From an uncultured Alphaproteobacteria bacterium (GTDB lineage Bacteria; Pseudomonadota; Alphaproteobacteria; CAAHEQ01; UBA3637): a DNA stretch of 64,000 bases. This document shows, piece by piece, positions 30,203 through 38,982 of the stretch. Below the pieces are notes generated by a model that ran no database searches, was not told the DNA's origin, and saw only the letters and a list, made by a program, of their open reading frames with translations. Numbering within the stretch: position 1 is the stretch's first letter; the number at the start of each line of letters is the position of its first letter. Position numbers and translations under genes: made by a program. The stretch is from the NCBI GenBank assembly GCA_934202735.1, contig CAKPYH010000005.1:23126-87125 (forward strand). The letters run 5' to 3'.

Positions 30203-31648
30203 ATGCAAGAGATTTTAGGCCGCAAAGAAGACATCTTATTTGACCTGGATGAAATCAAACTGTTGGCACAAAAGCCGCCCAAATTGACCGCAGAACAACA
30301 ACGGCGATTGAACACTTTGCCCCGGGCGGAACGATCGGAAGCACGCAAAGCCTATCTGAAACAGCAAGAAGACAAACGCAAAAATGACCTGCGCCGATGG
30401 GTGATTGAAGTGGAAGATAAAATCCGGCGCATGGACCTGCCGTCCGAAGTGAAAGATCGGATTTTATCCCTGACGGCCTATATGAAAGAACGGAACATGA
30501 AGTTGCCTTATGACATTGATCGTCAGATGGACAGCATTGAACGCAAGATACAACAGGCAGAACGCGACAAAGCCCGGGAACAGGCCGAACAAATGGAAAA
30601 AGCGGCCGCCGGTCTGACAACGGCGGTTATGGCCGGTACAACTCTGGCCGCCGTTGGAAAATATGTACAGGTTCGGTGGGATAAAGAAGAGTTTGAACAT
30701 CGCAATAAAACGTATTATGAAGATCGCGTTTTGACCGATTTAGCCTCCGGAACGGTGCAACGGCGTGTACCCCCGTCCCCCGTTTATCCGACACATAAAT
30801 CATCTTACGGAACGGCACATTATCGCTTGGAACGGACACAGCGTCAGGAAGTCCGCGATATCTTGGTCCGTGATGTTCAGGCCAAACAAAAAGCCACCGG
30901 TCAACCGGTGCAAGATTCGGCGACCATTTTAGCGAATTTTGAAAAATTATCTCCGGTGCAACGGCGGTTTGCCGAAAAGAATATTTATGCCCAAAATCCT
31001 GAATTGGCGGCCAAACACCGGGCAGAGCAACAGGAAGTTTATCAACGTGGCATAGAAAAAGGTATTGCCCGATACCGGCGTAAACAGGCTAAACGGGCTG
31101 CTTTACAGGCGCGGCGGGCACAACGGCAACAGGTTGCGGGGACACCGGCGCCGGTTTCTCAAACACCCAAGAAAGCAGATATGAAACTGAAATTGGCCGG
31201 TGGATCATATAAGGCAAAAATGCCGAAAGCGGCTGACAGAGATGAAACGCCACAAATCAGGGATTCGGCTACGCCTGAAAAGGCCCCGGCGTCTGCAGCG
31301 ACAGGTAAGGCCTGGGACCGTACCGTTGTTATGCAATCATTGCGGGAGCAGATGAAACTCTTGACGAAACAGACGACTGTTTCTCAGGAACAAGCCGCGC
31401 CTTCGGGGGCAAATCTGTCAAAAGAAACGCACACGCCTTCTCCGTCTCTGACACAAAAATTGGCCGAACATTCTGTCAGGGCAGGGGTCCGCAGTTTGAC
31501 CAAGAAATTACGGGAGGCACAAACGGCTTTTGATGCGCCGAGTGTCCGAGAATCGCTACGGCAACAAGCTGAACAGTTGCCGGCTAAATCCGTGGCTCGC
31601 CGTTCCAAAATTCGTTCCGGTCGCCCGCAAAAATCCCGTGCTGCCTGA
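30203..31648 (+). CDS. hypothetical charged, coiled-coil-type protein with one central hydrophobic segment
   Basis: Strong SD (GGGGAGGA) 7 nt before ATG 30203. K/R/E/Q-rich sequence with a hydrophobic stretch (AAAGLTTAVMAGTTLAAVG) and a basic C-terminus. No recognisable domain. Confidence 0.6.
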   Translation: MQEILGRKEDILFDLDEIKLLAQKPPKLTAEQQRRLNTLPRAERSEARKAYLKQQEDKRKNDLRRWVIEVEDKIRRMDLPSEVKDRILSLTAYMKERNMKLPYDIDRQMDSIERKIQQAERDKAREQAEQMEKAAAGLTTAVMAGTTLAAVGKYVQVRWDKEEFEHRNKTYYEDRVLTDLASGTVQRRVPPSPVYPTHKSSYGTAHYRLERTQRQEVRDILVRDVQAKQKATGQPVQDSATILANFEKLSPVQRRFAEKNIYAQNPELAAKHRAEQQEVYQRGIEKGIARYRRKQAKRAALQARRAQRQQVAGTPAPVSQTPKKADMKLKLAGGSYKAKMPKAADRDETPQIRDSATPEKAPASAATGKAWDRTVVMQSLREQMKLLTKQTTVSQEQAAPSGANLSKETHTPSPSLTQKLAEHSVRAGVRSLTKKLREAQTAFDAPSVRESLRQQAEQLPAKSVARRSKIRSGRPQKSRAA

Positions 31649-31795
31649 CACTTGTGTGCCAATGTCATACTTTATTTTTCACGCATCTGCTTCGGGCCTG
31701 CTTTTCTAAGCCTGTCATCTTCGGGCTTGACCCGGGCACTCACTCTTGCCTGTCATTTTTGGGTTCCGCCAGCTATCCGGGAAAAGAAATCCCGT

Positions 31796-32437
31796 TTAGG
31801 TATGTTCGCGTGTCGGGGTAGGCGGTTGTGGATACCATTTGCGATTACACACCATTACCGGAGAGATTCCCATCTCGTTCTTCAAACAATTCAATGCATA
31901 GACATACACTTGTCGCCGCGTTTCATACCGCCGACCGCTTTCGGTTTGTTGCGCCCATTTCATATAAGACGCTTTACAATCGGCACGCCGCAAGTCCGGT
32001 CGTTCCAACAGGCGTATCCATGGTTCCATTTTCACCCGTCCCGGGACAAATAAGGGGTGTGCAAAACTCACTTCTTTCAAGCGATTTTTTTGATCGTATA
32101 AATAGCAACTGCGAGCAATCATTTCATCGCCGACTTGCAAGGCATCGGCCGCCATTTCCACCGCGCCGCGTGTCGGACAATAGCGTTTTTTTAAGTGCTG
32201 ATGGGCTGATACGGGAGAGGGAAAGGAATAGGTCAGCATAAAGCGCGCCAAATTCCACCCTTGCTTTAAATCTTGCAGCAACGGGCGGACCGTTCCGTCT
32301 TGACGATTGCGTGCGGCACTTTTTTGAAAATACAGGTACCGCATCATCGGGCATAATTGTGTATATAACTTATGATCTGTCAAACTCCGTTGAGCAGGGG
32401 TTTCCGATAGGGCTTGTTTTTTTGATTGTTCTGTCAT
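31796..32437 (-). CDS. hypothetical protein
   Basis: AAGGTGG SD, then ATG 32437; the ORF-track GTG 32446 lies inside the SD. It is the longest frame in this region. No recognisable domain. Confidence 0.5.
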   Translation of the reverse strand: MTEQSKKQALSETPAQRSLTDHKLYTQLCPMMRYLYFQKSAARNRQDGTVRPLLQDLKQGWNLARFMLTYSFPSPVSAHQHLKKRYCPTRGAVEMAADALQVGDEMIARSCYLYDQKNRLKEVSFAHPLFVPGRVKMEPWIRLLERPDLRRADCKASYMKWAQQTESGRRYETRRQVYVYALNCLKNEMGISPVMVCNRKWYPQPPTPTREHT

Positions 32438-32493
32438 TTTGTCCACCTTTTTTATTCATTATACACTATTTTTGATATTTTGCAAGTTTTTTC

Positions 32494-32521
32494 TTGCGTT
32501 CGCTCACCAATATGATATAGT
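32494..32521 (+). promoter_or_regulatory. sigma70-type promoter TTGCGT-16-TATAGT; -10 ends 6 nt before the rnhA ATG (leaderless candidate)
   Basis: -35 at 32494-32499, 16-nt spacer, -10 at 32516-32521, then AGCCCC and ATG 32528. No SD is present. Confidence 0.5.
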
Positions 32522-32527
32522 AGCCCC

Positions 32528-32968
32528 ATGAAGCACATTGAAATGTTTACAGACGGAGCCTGCTCGGGCAACCCCGGACCGGGGGGATGGGCCTGCCTGT
32601 TGCGCTATGGTCATGTTGAAAAAGAGTATGCCGGCGGTGCCGCACAAACAACGAATAATCGTATGGAGCTGAGTGCCGTTTTGGCGGGATTACAGGGGTT
32701 GAAAGAGCCTTGTGAAATCACTTTAACCACGGATAGCAAGTATGTGTTGGACGGGGCCACAAAATACATGGCAACATGGCAACAAAACGGGTGGCGAAAA
32801 GCCGATAAAAAGCCTGTCTTGAATCAGGATTTATGGCAAGAACTGGCCCGATTATCGGCCCCGCATCGGATTCATTGGCGTTGGATTAAGGGACATGCGG
32901 GTCATCCGGAGAATGAGCGCGTGGATCACTTGGCGTGTCAACAACGGGATTCGTATCGGTCTCTTTAA
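32528..32968 (+). CDS. rnhA: ribonuclease HI
   Basis: MKHIEMFTDGACSGNPGPGGW..TTNNRMEL..KGHAGHPENERVD is collinear with E. coli RNase HI from residue 1. Confidence 0.95.
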   Translation: MKHIEMFTDGACSGNPGPGGWACLLRYGHVEKEYAGGAAQTTNNRMELSAVLAGLQGLKEPCEITLTTDSKYVLDGATKYMATWQQNGWRKADKKPVLNQDLWQELARLSAPHRIHWRWIKGHAGHPENERVDHLACQQRDSYRSL

Positions 32969-34703
32969 CTGACTCGGGCGATGGTGTCTCTGTCAGATAT
33001 TTATTCAAAAAAGCATCGGCGGTTTTCAGGTTCAGATCCAAAGGAACCAGGATTTGTCGGCCGTCCGGCAACAGCAAAACACTGAATGTCCGGTCTTGCA
33101 ACCCGTGTTGTCGTTGCCACATACGGGCCAAAGGATCCGTGGCGGTCAGTTGGTACACCTGCATCCGATGGCGTATAAAGTCATACACGGTCCAGCTATC
33201 CCGCACGCAGGACAAACAGACTTCCGGCACCACACGAACCACAGCCGGCCGCATAATCGCATGACGATCAAACGGCGGATCTTTGGGACTTATGCGGGAT
33301 CCGATAACGGCGGCCCCTAACCACATCAGCAAAATCAGATAGGGCAGGCGTAGAGTTAATTGATACCCCCATTCCGGGCTTTGATCGGCACGTGTTAAAA
33401 AAGCACGAACGGGTCGGGCCGCTATTTTCCATAGATTCCAGGGAATAACCAGGCAGATACTCCCCCAGAGCCACAGGCATAACATATCGGTCAGATCTCC
33501 CCCCGATACGGCCGGCATGGCTACTTTGGGTAAGACGCAAAAGCACAAACCGGCTATGGCTATGGGAAGAATCGGGCGAATGATTAGCATGATCAGCAAA
33601 ATCATCAACCCGATCGTACCCGAGAGGCCCGGTACACCGGCATCCGCGACAAGGCCCCTTTGGGCACACAACAGCCAAACGGTCCATACCAACACGCTGA
33701 TTCCTTGAATCCAACGGCTTTTACGGGCTAAATCCGGTCCGGATGTTGTCCACCGATGAGGGGCCAGCCACAAACATGCCCAGGGAGAAACCCAAAACAG
33801 CAATAAGCCGGCCCATAACATCCGGCCCAAAGGTACCGACCGTACCGGAACGGGTAAAGGCTCGGTCATCATTTGAACAGTCGCCCGATAATATCCGGCA
33901 TTGGACCGAATGTAAAAGGACAACGTATCGTTTTCCCGGAGAGCCTGTGCCCCGGGGCGGAGAGTAAATCCAAGTGTCTGTCCGTCTGTTTGTTTGCTGA
34001 TGACATGCCAATCCGCAGCCCAATCGGCGGGTTGTACATCAAACCATTTCGGAGTGGTTGGCAAAGTCATTTGAACTTGTCCGGTTCCGTTAGGCAGAAT
34101 GACTCCCCGGATGGAAATATGGCTTTTGTCAACGGGCAATGCCCCAAAGCGACTGGCATCTGATAAAAAACCGCACCAAGCCGTCGGATACGATTCGGTG
34201 GCCGGTAAATCCAGGGCATGCGTGGTTTTGGCCGTTTGACACGGACCTTCCTTTGGACAGGCCGTCCATTCGGCGGTAAGACGTATCCGTGCATCTTGAT
34301 CGGGCCGGCCCGTCCATACAATCGGAAATAACTGTGGTAGTGCATACGTTTCTGCCCAAGGTTCTGTTTCGGGCTTATCCCTGTTTAAGGGGGTCAACAC
34401 CAAACCTTGCCAAAGACTGTCTGCTTCCCACGTTAAAAGGGGAGGGCGCACCGACATATCGGCCGAGCCATCTATCAACAGGCCGGTCAAAACGGAGGTA
34501 CTGCCTTGAACGCCCGTCCGACAAGACATCAGGCGGACACGACCGAACGGAACCGGTTGCCACGAATCCGCCCCTTGATACATTTTAGTCCGACCGGTCC
34601 GCAGTTCTGCCCCAATATCATCCCAGGAAAAGGCATCGGCACGTCCGATGGAGGCACATAAAACCCAACAAAATCCAATAAAAAAGTAAAAAAAGTTCTT
34701 CAT
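32886..34703 (-). CDS. DsbD/ScsB-like thiol:disulfide interchange membrane protein (divergent)
   Basis: Signal peptide, periplasmic N-domain, multi-TM core with a CFCVLP segment, and a C-terminal domain with CLSC (CxxC). ATG 34703 (MKNFFYF..) was chosen as start. The 3' end overlaps rnhA by 83 nt. Confidence 0.55.
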   Translation of the reverse strand: MKNFFYFFIGFCWVLCASIGRADAFSWDDIGAELRTGRTKMYQGADSWQPVPFGRVRLMSCRTGVQGSTSVLTGLLIDGSADMSVRPPLLTWEADSLWQGLVLTPLNRDKPETEPWAETYALPQLFPIVWTGRPDQDARIRLTAEWTACPKEGPCQTAKTTHALDLPATESYPTAWCGFLSDASRFGALPVDKSHISIRGVILPNGTGQVQMTLPTTPKWFDVQPADWAADWHVISKQTDGQTLGFTLRPGAQALRENDTLSFYIRSNAGYYRATVQMMTEPLPVPVRSVPLGRMLWAGLLLFWVSPWACLWLAPHRWTTSGPDLARKSRWIQGISVLVWTVWLLCAQRGLVADAGVPGLSGTIGLMILLIMLIIRPILPIAIAGLCFCVLPKVAMPAVSGGDLTDMLCLWLWGSICLVIPWNLWKIAARPVRAFLTRADQSPEWGYQLTLRLPYLILLMWLGAAVIGSRISPKDPPFDRHAIMRPAVVRVVPEVCLSCVRDSWTVYDFIRHRMQVYQLTATDPLARMWQRQHGLQDRTFSVLLLPDGRQILVPLDLNLKTADAFLNKYLTETPSPESVKETDTNPVVDTPSDPRAHSPDDPHVP

Positions 34704-34791
34704 GACGGCTATTCTAGCAAAAAAAAACTTGAATGTCTTGTAAAAAATGTGTAGAATACACTTGTTTTTTAACTTTTTTACGGAGGATTCC

Positions 34792-35334
34792 ATTAAACCG
34801 TTTTATCAAGGCTTGTCTCCATCGTCCGACAAAGGCGAATTCCGGATGAACGAGCAAATTACAACTTCGCAGGTTCGGCTGATTTTAGCGACCGGTGAAA
34901 ATTTTGGTGTCATTTCAACACGTGAAGCCTTGCGCAAGGCCAAAGATCAGGGCTTGGACCTGATTGAAATCGCGTCCGGTTCTATTCCGGTGTGCAAAAT
35001 CCTGGAAGCCGGTAAGTATCGCTATGAATTGCAAAAACGGCGTTCCGAAGCCAAGAAAAAGCAAAAAGTCGTTGAAATTAAAGAAATTAAAATGACTTCT
35101 AATATCGGTGATAATGATTATGGTGTCAAATTGCGGGCGGCTCGTCGTTTCTTGGAAGATGGCAATAAGGTCAAATTTAATCTACGCTTTCGGGGACGGG
35201 AAATGTCTTATGTAGATTTGGGGGCGGCGGTGTTGAATCGCGCGAAAACAGACTTGTCCGATATTTCCAAAGCGGAACAAGAACCCAAATTGGACGGTCG
35301 TCAGATGACATTGGTGTTGGCTCCGTCCAAGTAA
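34792..35334 (+). CDS. infC: translation initiation factor IF-3 (ATT start)
   Basis: GGAGG at 34782-34786, then ATT 34792 in frame. RMNEQITTSQVRL aligns with E. coli RINGEIRAQEVRL at the expected N-terminal offset. An AUU start is the known infC autoregulatory feature. Confidence 0.9.
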   Translation: MKPFYQGLSPSSDKGEFRMNEQITTSQVRLILATGENFGVISTREALRKAKDQGLDLIEIASGSIPVCKILEAGKYRYELQKRRSEAKKKQKVVEIKEIKMTSNIGDNDYGVKLRAARRFLEDGNKVKFNLRFRGREMSYVDLGAAVLNRAKTDLSDISKAEQEPKLDGRQMTLVLAPSK

Positions 35335-35416
35335 AAGAATATGCCGTTATCAATCGTATGACGTTATAAAAGGTGCCGCCTGATCAGGGGACACTTGCGG
35401 GATTGACCCTTAAAAA

Positions 35417-35445
35417 GGGTGATGAGAAATTTCTTCTCATCACCC
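35417..35445. terminator. bidirectional hairpin between convergent infC and glyQS
   Basis: Perfect 12-bp stem GGGTGATGAGAA/TTCTCATCACCC with a 5-nt loop. A-run before and weak T content after. Confidence 0.6.
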
Positions 35446-35495
35446 TGAAACAGGCTGTCGCATGACAACCGGACGGGTCATAATGTCCGGAAGCC

Positions 35496-36863
35496 TTACT
35501 TGTTGAAAAAGCCCTTCACATATTCGGATAAATCGGCCACGGCAATTCGTTCTTGCGCCATGGTATCGCGGTTCCGAATGGTTACGGTTGCCGGTTGTTT
35601 TTCAATGCTGTCAAAATCAATCGTCACGCAAATTGGTGTTCCGATTTCATCATGCCGGCGATAGGCCTTGCCGATATTGCCGGAATCTTCCAACATCACG
35701 CGTCCGACACCGGTTTTCAGCAACATCGCTTTGATTTCATGCGCCATCTTCATGATATCCGGATTATTGCGCTTTAACGGAATCACGGCTACCTTAACCG
35801 GGGACAGGTGCTTTTTCAACTTCAACACCGTCCGCGTTTCCCCACTGGGTAATTTTTCTTCGGTATAGGCTTCGGTCAAGACGGCCAATACCCCCCGGTC
35901 AACACCGGCCGACGGTTCCACCACAAACGGCACATACCACTTTTTGGCTTCATCATCAAATAACGCCAATTTAGCCGATGAATCCGTGTTTTTATTCACT
36001 TTGGCCGACAGGTTCAATTCATCTTGATACCGGGTATGATTGCCCAAATCAAAGTCTTGCCGATCGGCGATACCTTCCAATTCTTCCATACCGTGCGGAA
36101 ATTGATATTCCAGGTCGTATGTCGCTTTGGAATAATGGGCCAAGTCTTCTTTTGGCACCGTCAAGATGTGCATTTTATTCAGGTCCAGACCTTGTTCTTC
36201 CCACCATTTCAAGCGGTTTTCTTTCCACGTTTCCAACCATTCCAAATCCGTACCCGGCTTGACAAAAAATTCCAGTTCCATTTGTTCAAATTCGCGGACC
36301 CGGAAAATAAAGTTGCGGGGCGTAATTTCATTACGGAAAGTTTTTCCGATTTGAGCAATCCCGAACGGCGCTTTACGGGAAGTTGCATCCACCACATTTT
36401 TGAATTGGGTAAAGATCGCCTGAGCCGTCTCGGGACGCAGGTAAGCGAAATTGCCGGAATCTTCCACCGGTCCCACCGCCGTTTTGAACATCAGGTTAAA
36501 CATCCGCGGTTCGGTTAAATCGGTACTGCCGCAATTCGGGCATCGGCCGTCTTTCACATGATCGGCGCGAAAGCGATTTTTGCATTTTTTACAATCTTGC
36601 AACGGGTCTGTAAACGTTTCTTCATGTCCGGAGTAGTGCAAGACTTTTTGGTGAGTCAGGATACTGGCATCCAAACCTTCCACATCATCACGCTCATACA
36701 CCATTGAACGCCACCAGGCCGCTTTCAGGTTGTTTTTCAATTCCACACCCAAAGGACCGTAATCATAGACCCCCTGTAATCCGCCGTAAATATCGGCACT
36801 TTGAAAAATAAAGCCCCGCCGTTTGCACAGGGAAACCAGTTGGTCCATCGTTGTCGCTGCCAT
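35496..36863 (-). CDS. glyQS: glycyl-tRNA synthetase, single-chain alpha2 (GlyQS) type
   Basis: AAGGAG SD, then ATG 36863. [39 protein letters not shown] and motif 2 [25 protein letters not shown] are typical of dimeric class II GlyRS. Confidence 0.92.
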   Translation of the reverse strand: MAATTMDQLVSLCKRRGFIFQSADIYGGLQGVYDYGPLGVELKNNLKAAWWRSMVYERDDVEGLDASILTHQKVLHYSGHEETFTDPLQDCKKCKNRFRADHVKDGRCPNCGSTDLTEPRMFNLMFKTAVGPVEDSGNFAYLRPETAQAIFTQFKNVVDATSRKAPFGIAQIGKTFRNEITPRNFIFRVREFEQMELEFFVKPGTDLEWLETWKENRLKWWEEQGLDLNKMHILTVPKEDLAHYSKATYDLEYQFPHGMEELEGIADRQDFDLGNHTRYQDELNLSAKVNKNTDSSAKLALFDDEAKKWYVPFVVEPSAGVDRGVLAVLTEAYTEEKLPSGETRTVLKLKKHLSPVKVAVIPLKRNNPDIMKMAHEIKAMLLKTGVGRVMLEDSGNIGKAYRRHDEIGTPICVTIDFDSIEKQPATVTIRNRDTMAQERIAVADLSEYVKGFFNK

Positions 36864-37069
36864 TTTATACTCCTTGGTTAAAAATTTTGCACAAGTATAC
36901 CGCATTTACCGGACAAAGTCAAGGTGTTTCCCCCGGAAACGATATTTTTCTTGTTCGGAGAAATCTGTCAGGGTTTGGGACAGACCATGGCTATTTTGAC
37001 GGCACATGCGCACAGGCCCTGCGTTTTTGCAGGGCCTGTTTTTGAGTAAACAAGACAGATCAACACAGA

Positions 37070-37907
37070 TCAGCGTTGTTGCGAACCCATCCATTTTTGG
37101 GCTTGTTGGCGAAATTGATCGTACGAGGCCGTTTTCTGACGATCTTTTTCGGTTTGAATGACGCCATCCAGGTAAGAGTCATGTACCTGCTCGGCCCCTT
37201 TTTGCAAGAAAGAAACGGCCCGTTCAGGACTGACAAAATTTCTTTTAGCATTTTCCCGATGTGCATAGGCAAGAATAGCACTGTTCCCAAGTAAACCGGC
37301 ACATCCTAGAGTAAGAAGCACAGCAGCCGGCAATCTATTGCCTTTGGGAATCAGGGCTAAAAGGGCTGTTATTACTGTGATTGAACTAAAGACTATACCC
37401 GTTGCAGACGTTGGCAAATCTTCCATATCTTTTGCATTCTCGCTCATCTGTTTTCGGTCATCATTTTTAAGTTCCGTCATTTTTTTCATCAGTTGTGCCG
37501 GACTTTCTTTGGAATCCATAATCTTGGAAAGAAAGGTCGCGGATGCTTTTTCAAAGTCGGCATCTCCCTGTACCGAAGAAAGATCTTTATAAAATGCCTT
37601 AATCGCGTCTAGATGGTTCGTCACAAAAGGATGCAACATCTCTTGCACTTGTTTTTTATCCAAACGTCCGTCCTTATCAACCGGAATAAATTCAGGGAAA
37701 TCAACGTATTTTGCAATTTCCTCTTTCGGTAAGCCGGCCCGAACGGCACTTTCAAATACCTGTTTGCGCGACAATTTTGAATCCTGCCCCTTTTGCACGG
37801 CCACCGGCGTTTGGGATTCAGACGGTTTGGTTTCTGCTTTAGTCATCGGGGCCATCGCCGCACCGGCGACCAAAGCCAAACTTGCTAATGTTTTTTTGAT
37901 GCTCATG
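37070..37907 (-). CDS. hypothetical secreted/membrane protein (signal peptide plus bilobed hydrophobic domain)
   Basis: ATG 37907 is preceded by AAGGAG. Sec signal MSIKKTLASLALVAGAAMAPMTKA. DKDGRLDKKQVQE is a loose EF-hand-like loop. Two adjacent TM helices (GIVFSSITVITALLALIP..AAVLLTLGCAGLLGNSAILAYA). The ORF-track GTG 37915 is too close to the SD. Confidence 0.65.
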
Positions 37908-37973
37908 GTTTTCACTCCTTTATATATATGGTTTTCACTCCTTTATATATATGGTTTTCACTCCTTTATATAT
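37905..37973. repeat. perfect 3 x 23-bp tandem repeat (ATGGTTTTCACTCCTTTATATAT)
   Basis: Copies at 37905-37927, 37928-37950 and 37951-37973 are identical. On the minus strand the unit reads ATATATAAAGGAGTGAAAACCAT (TATATA box plus SD). Confidence 0.95.
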
Positions 37974-37997
37974 ACCATAAAAAATGACTTTTGTCAA
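37969..37997 (-). promoter_or_regulatory. sigma70-type promoter TTGACA-17-TATATA for the 37907 gene
   Basis: On the minus strand, -35 is at 37997-37992, the spacer is 17 nt, and -10 is at 37974-37969, spanning the edge of the distal repeat copy. Confidence 0.5.
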
Positions 37998-38031
37998 ATT
38001 TTAAATGTTTGTTTTTTTTCAAACTTATTCT

Positions 38032-38060
38032 TGACAATAGAGCCGGGCACCTGTATAGTG
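38032..38060 (+). promoter_or_regulatory. sigma70-type promoter TTGACA-17-TATAGT upstream of the SPFH gene
   Basis: -35 at 38032-38037, 17-nt spacer, -10 at 38055-38060. Confidence 0.6.
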
Positions 38061-38095
38061 TCCCGTGTTATCAATATACGTATCAGGAGAAAATC

Positions 38096-38887
38096 ATGAA
38101 ATCAATCGGTTTATTATGTAGTATCGGTGCCATCGTCGTGTGTGCCGCCGCAGCGTCCAGTATTAAAGTTGTGGATACCGGCTATCGCGGTATTAAAACC
38201 CGTTTCGGAAAAGTCATCGGGGAATCTTTACCCGAAGGGTTTTATATGTATAATCCTCTAACAACCGAAATTCACAACATGGACACCAAAGTCCAAAAGT
38301 ACACATTGAAAATGTCCACATACACCAAAGATGTACAACAGGCCAGCTTGGTTATCAGTGTGAATACCAGTTTGGAACCCGACAAAGTTCATTTGTTATT
38401 TCAGGAAATCGGAACCGGTTATGCCGATAAAGTCATCGCACCGCAAATTTCCCGTGCGGTTAAAGACACCATCGGTAAATGGGAAGCGGATCTGTTGGTT
38501 TCAAACCGTGAAAAAGCCACCGATGAGATTTTAACGTCTCTGCGGGAAGCCTTGCAACCGTACCACATCAACACGCAAAATGTGATTATTGAAAACATTG
38601 ATTATTCGGATCAGTTTGAACGCGCCATTGAAGAAAAACAAATTGCGACTCAGGACGCAATCAAAGCCAAAAATCGGACGCGTCAGGTAGAAGAAGAAGC
38701 CAATCAGAAAGTCTTGGCCGCCAAAGCCGAAGCCGAAAGTATGCGTATTCGGTCGCAAGCTCTCAGCCAAAACCAAAACCTGGTGGCGTATGAAGCGGTC
38801 CAAAAATGGAACGGACAACTGCCCGTCAACCTGTACGGTTCGGCCCCACTGCCTTTTATCAACAGTGCGATTAAAGGGGCTAAATAA
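38096..38887 (+). CDS. SPFH/Band 7 (prohibitin-like) membrane protein
   Basis: AGGAGA SD. N-terminal TM anchor, then VVDTGYRGIKTRFGKV.. and a coiled-coil (ERAIEEKQIATQDAIKAKN..) typical of the SPFH family. Confidence 0.85.
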   Translation: MKSIGLLCSIGAIVVCAAAASSIKVVDTGYRGIKTRFGKVIGESLPEGFYMYNPLTTEIHNMDTKVQKYTLKMSTYTKDVQQASLVISVNTSLEPDKVHLLFQEIGTGYADKVIAPQISRAVKDTIGKWEADLLVSNREKATDEILTSLREALQPYHINTQNVIIENIDYSDQFERAIEEKQIATQDAIKAKNRTRQVEEEANQKVLAAKAEAESMRIRSQALSQNQNLVAYEAVQKWNGQLPVNLYGSAPLPFINSAIKGAK

Positions 38888-38918
38888 TTCATTATCCGAC
38901 CGTAAGTTATCATAACAC

Positions 38919-38954
38919 ACACGGTTTGCTTTCAAGGGCAAACCGTGTTTTTTA
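38919..38954. terminator. intrinsic terminator between convergent SPFH gene and ftsH
   Basis: Perfect 11-bp stem ACACGGTTTGC/GCAAACCGTGT with an 8-nt loop, followed by TTTTTT. Confidence 0.8.
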
Positions 38955-38982
38955 GAAGTACACCCAAGCACGCCGGCTTGAA

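Noticed and set aside
31652-32241. Plus-strand ORFs of 133 and 137 aa
   Set aside because: They overlap the longer minus-strand ORF (31796-32437), which has a good SD-ATG. The plus frames are Pro/Arg/Ser-rich shadow-like sequences. Neither strand has homology support, so this choice is moderate-confidence only.
33268-34588. Several 60-150-aa ORFs on both strands inside 32886-34703
   Set aside because: They are nested in the 605-aa DsbD-like frame, which has a signal peptide, TM core and CxxC domain.
37913-37915. GTG start proposed by the ORF track for the 37070-37915 gene
   Set aside because: The GTG lies inside and immediately after the GGAG of the SD (GGAGTG). The ATG three codons downstream has proper spacing and begins a typical signal peptide.
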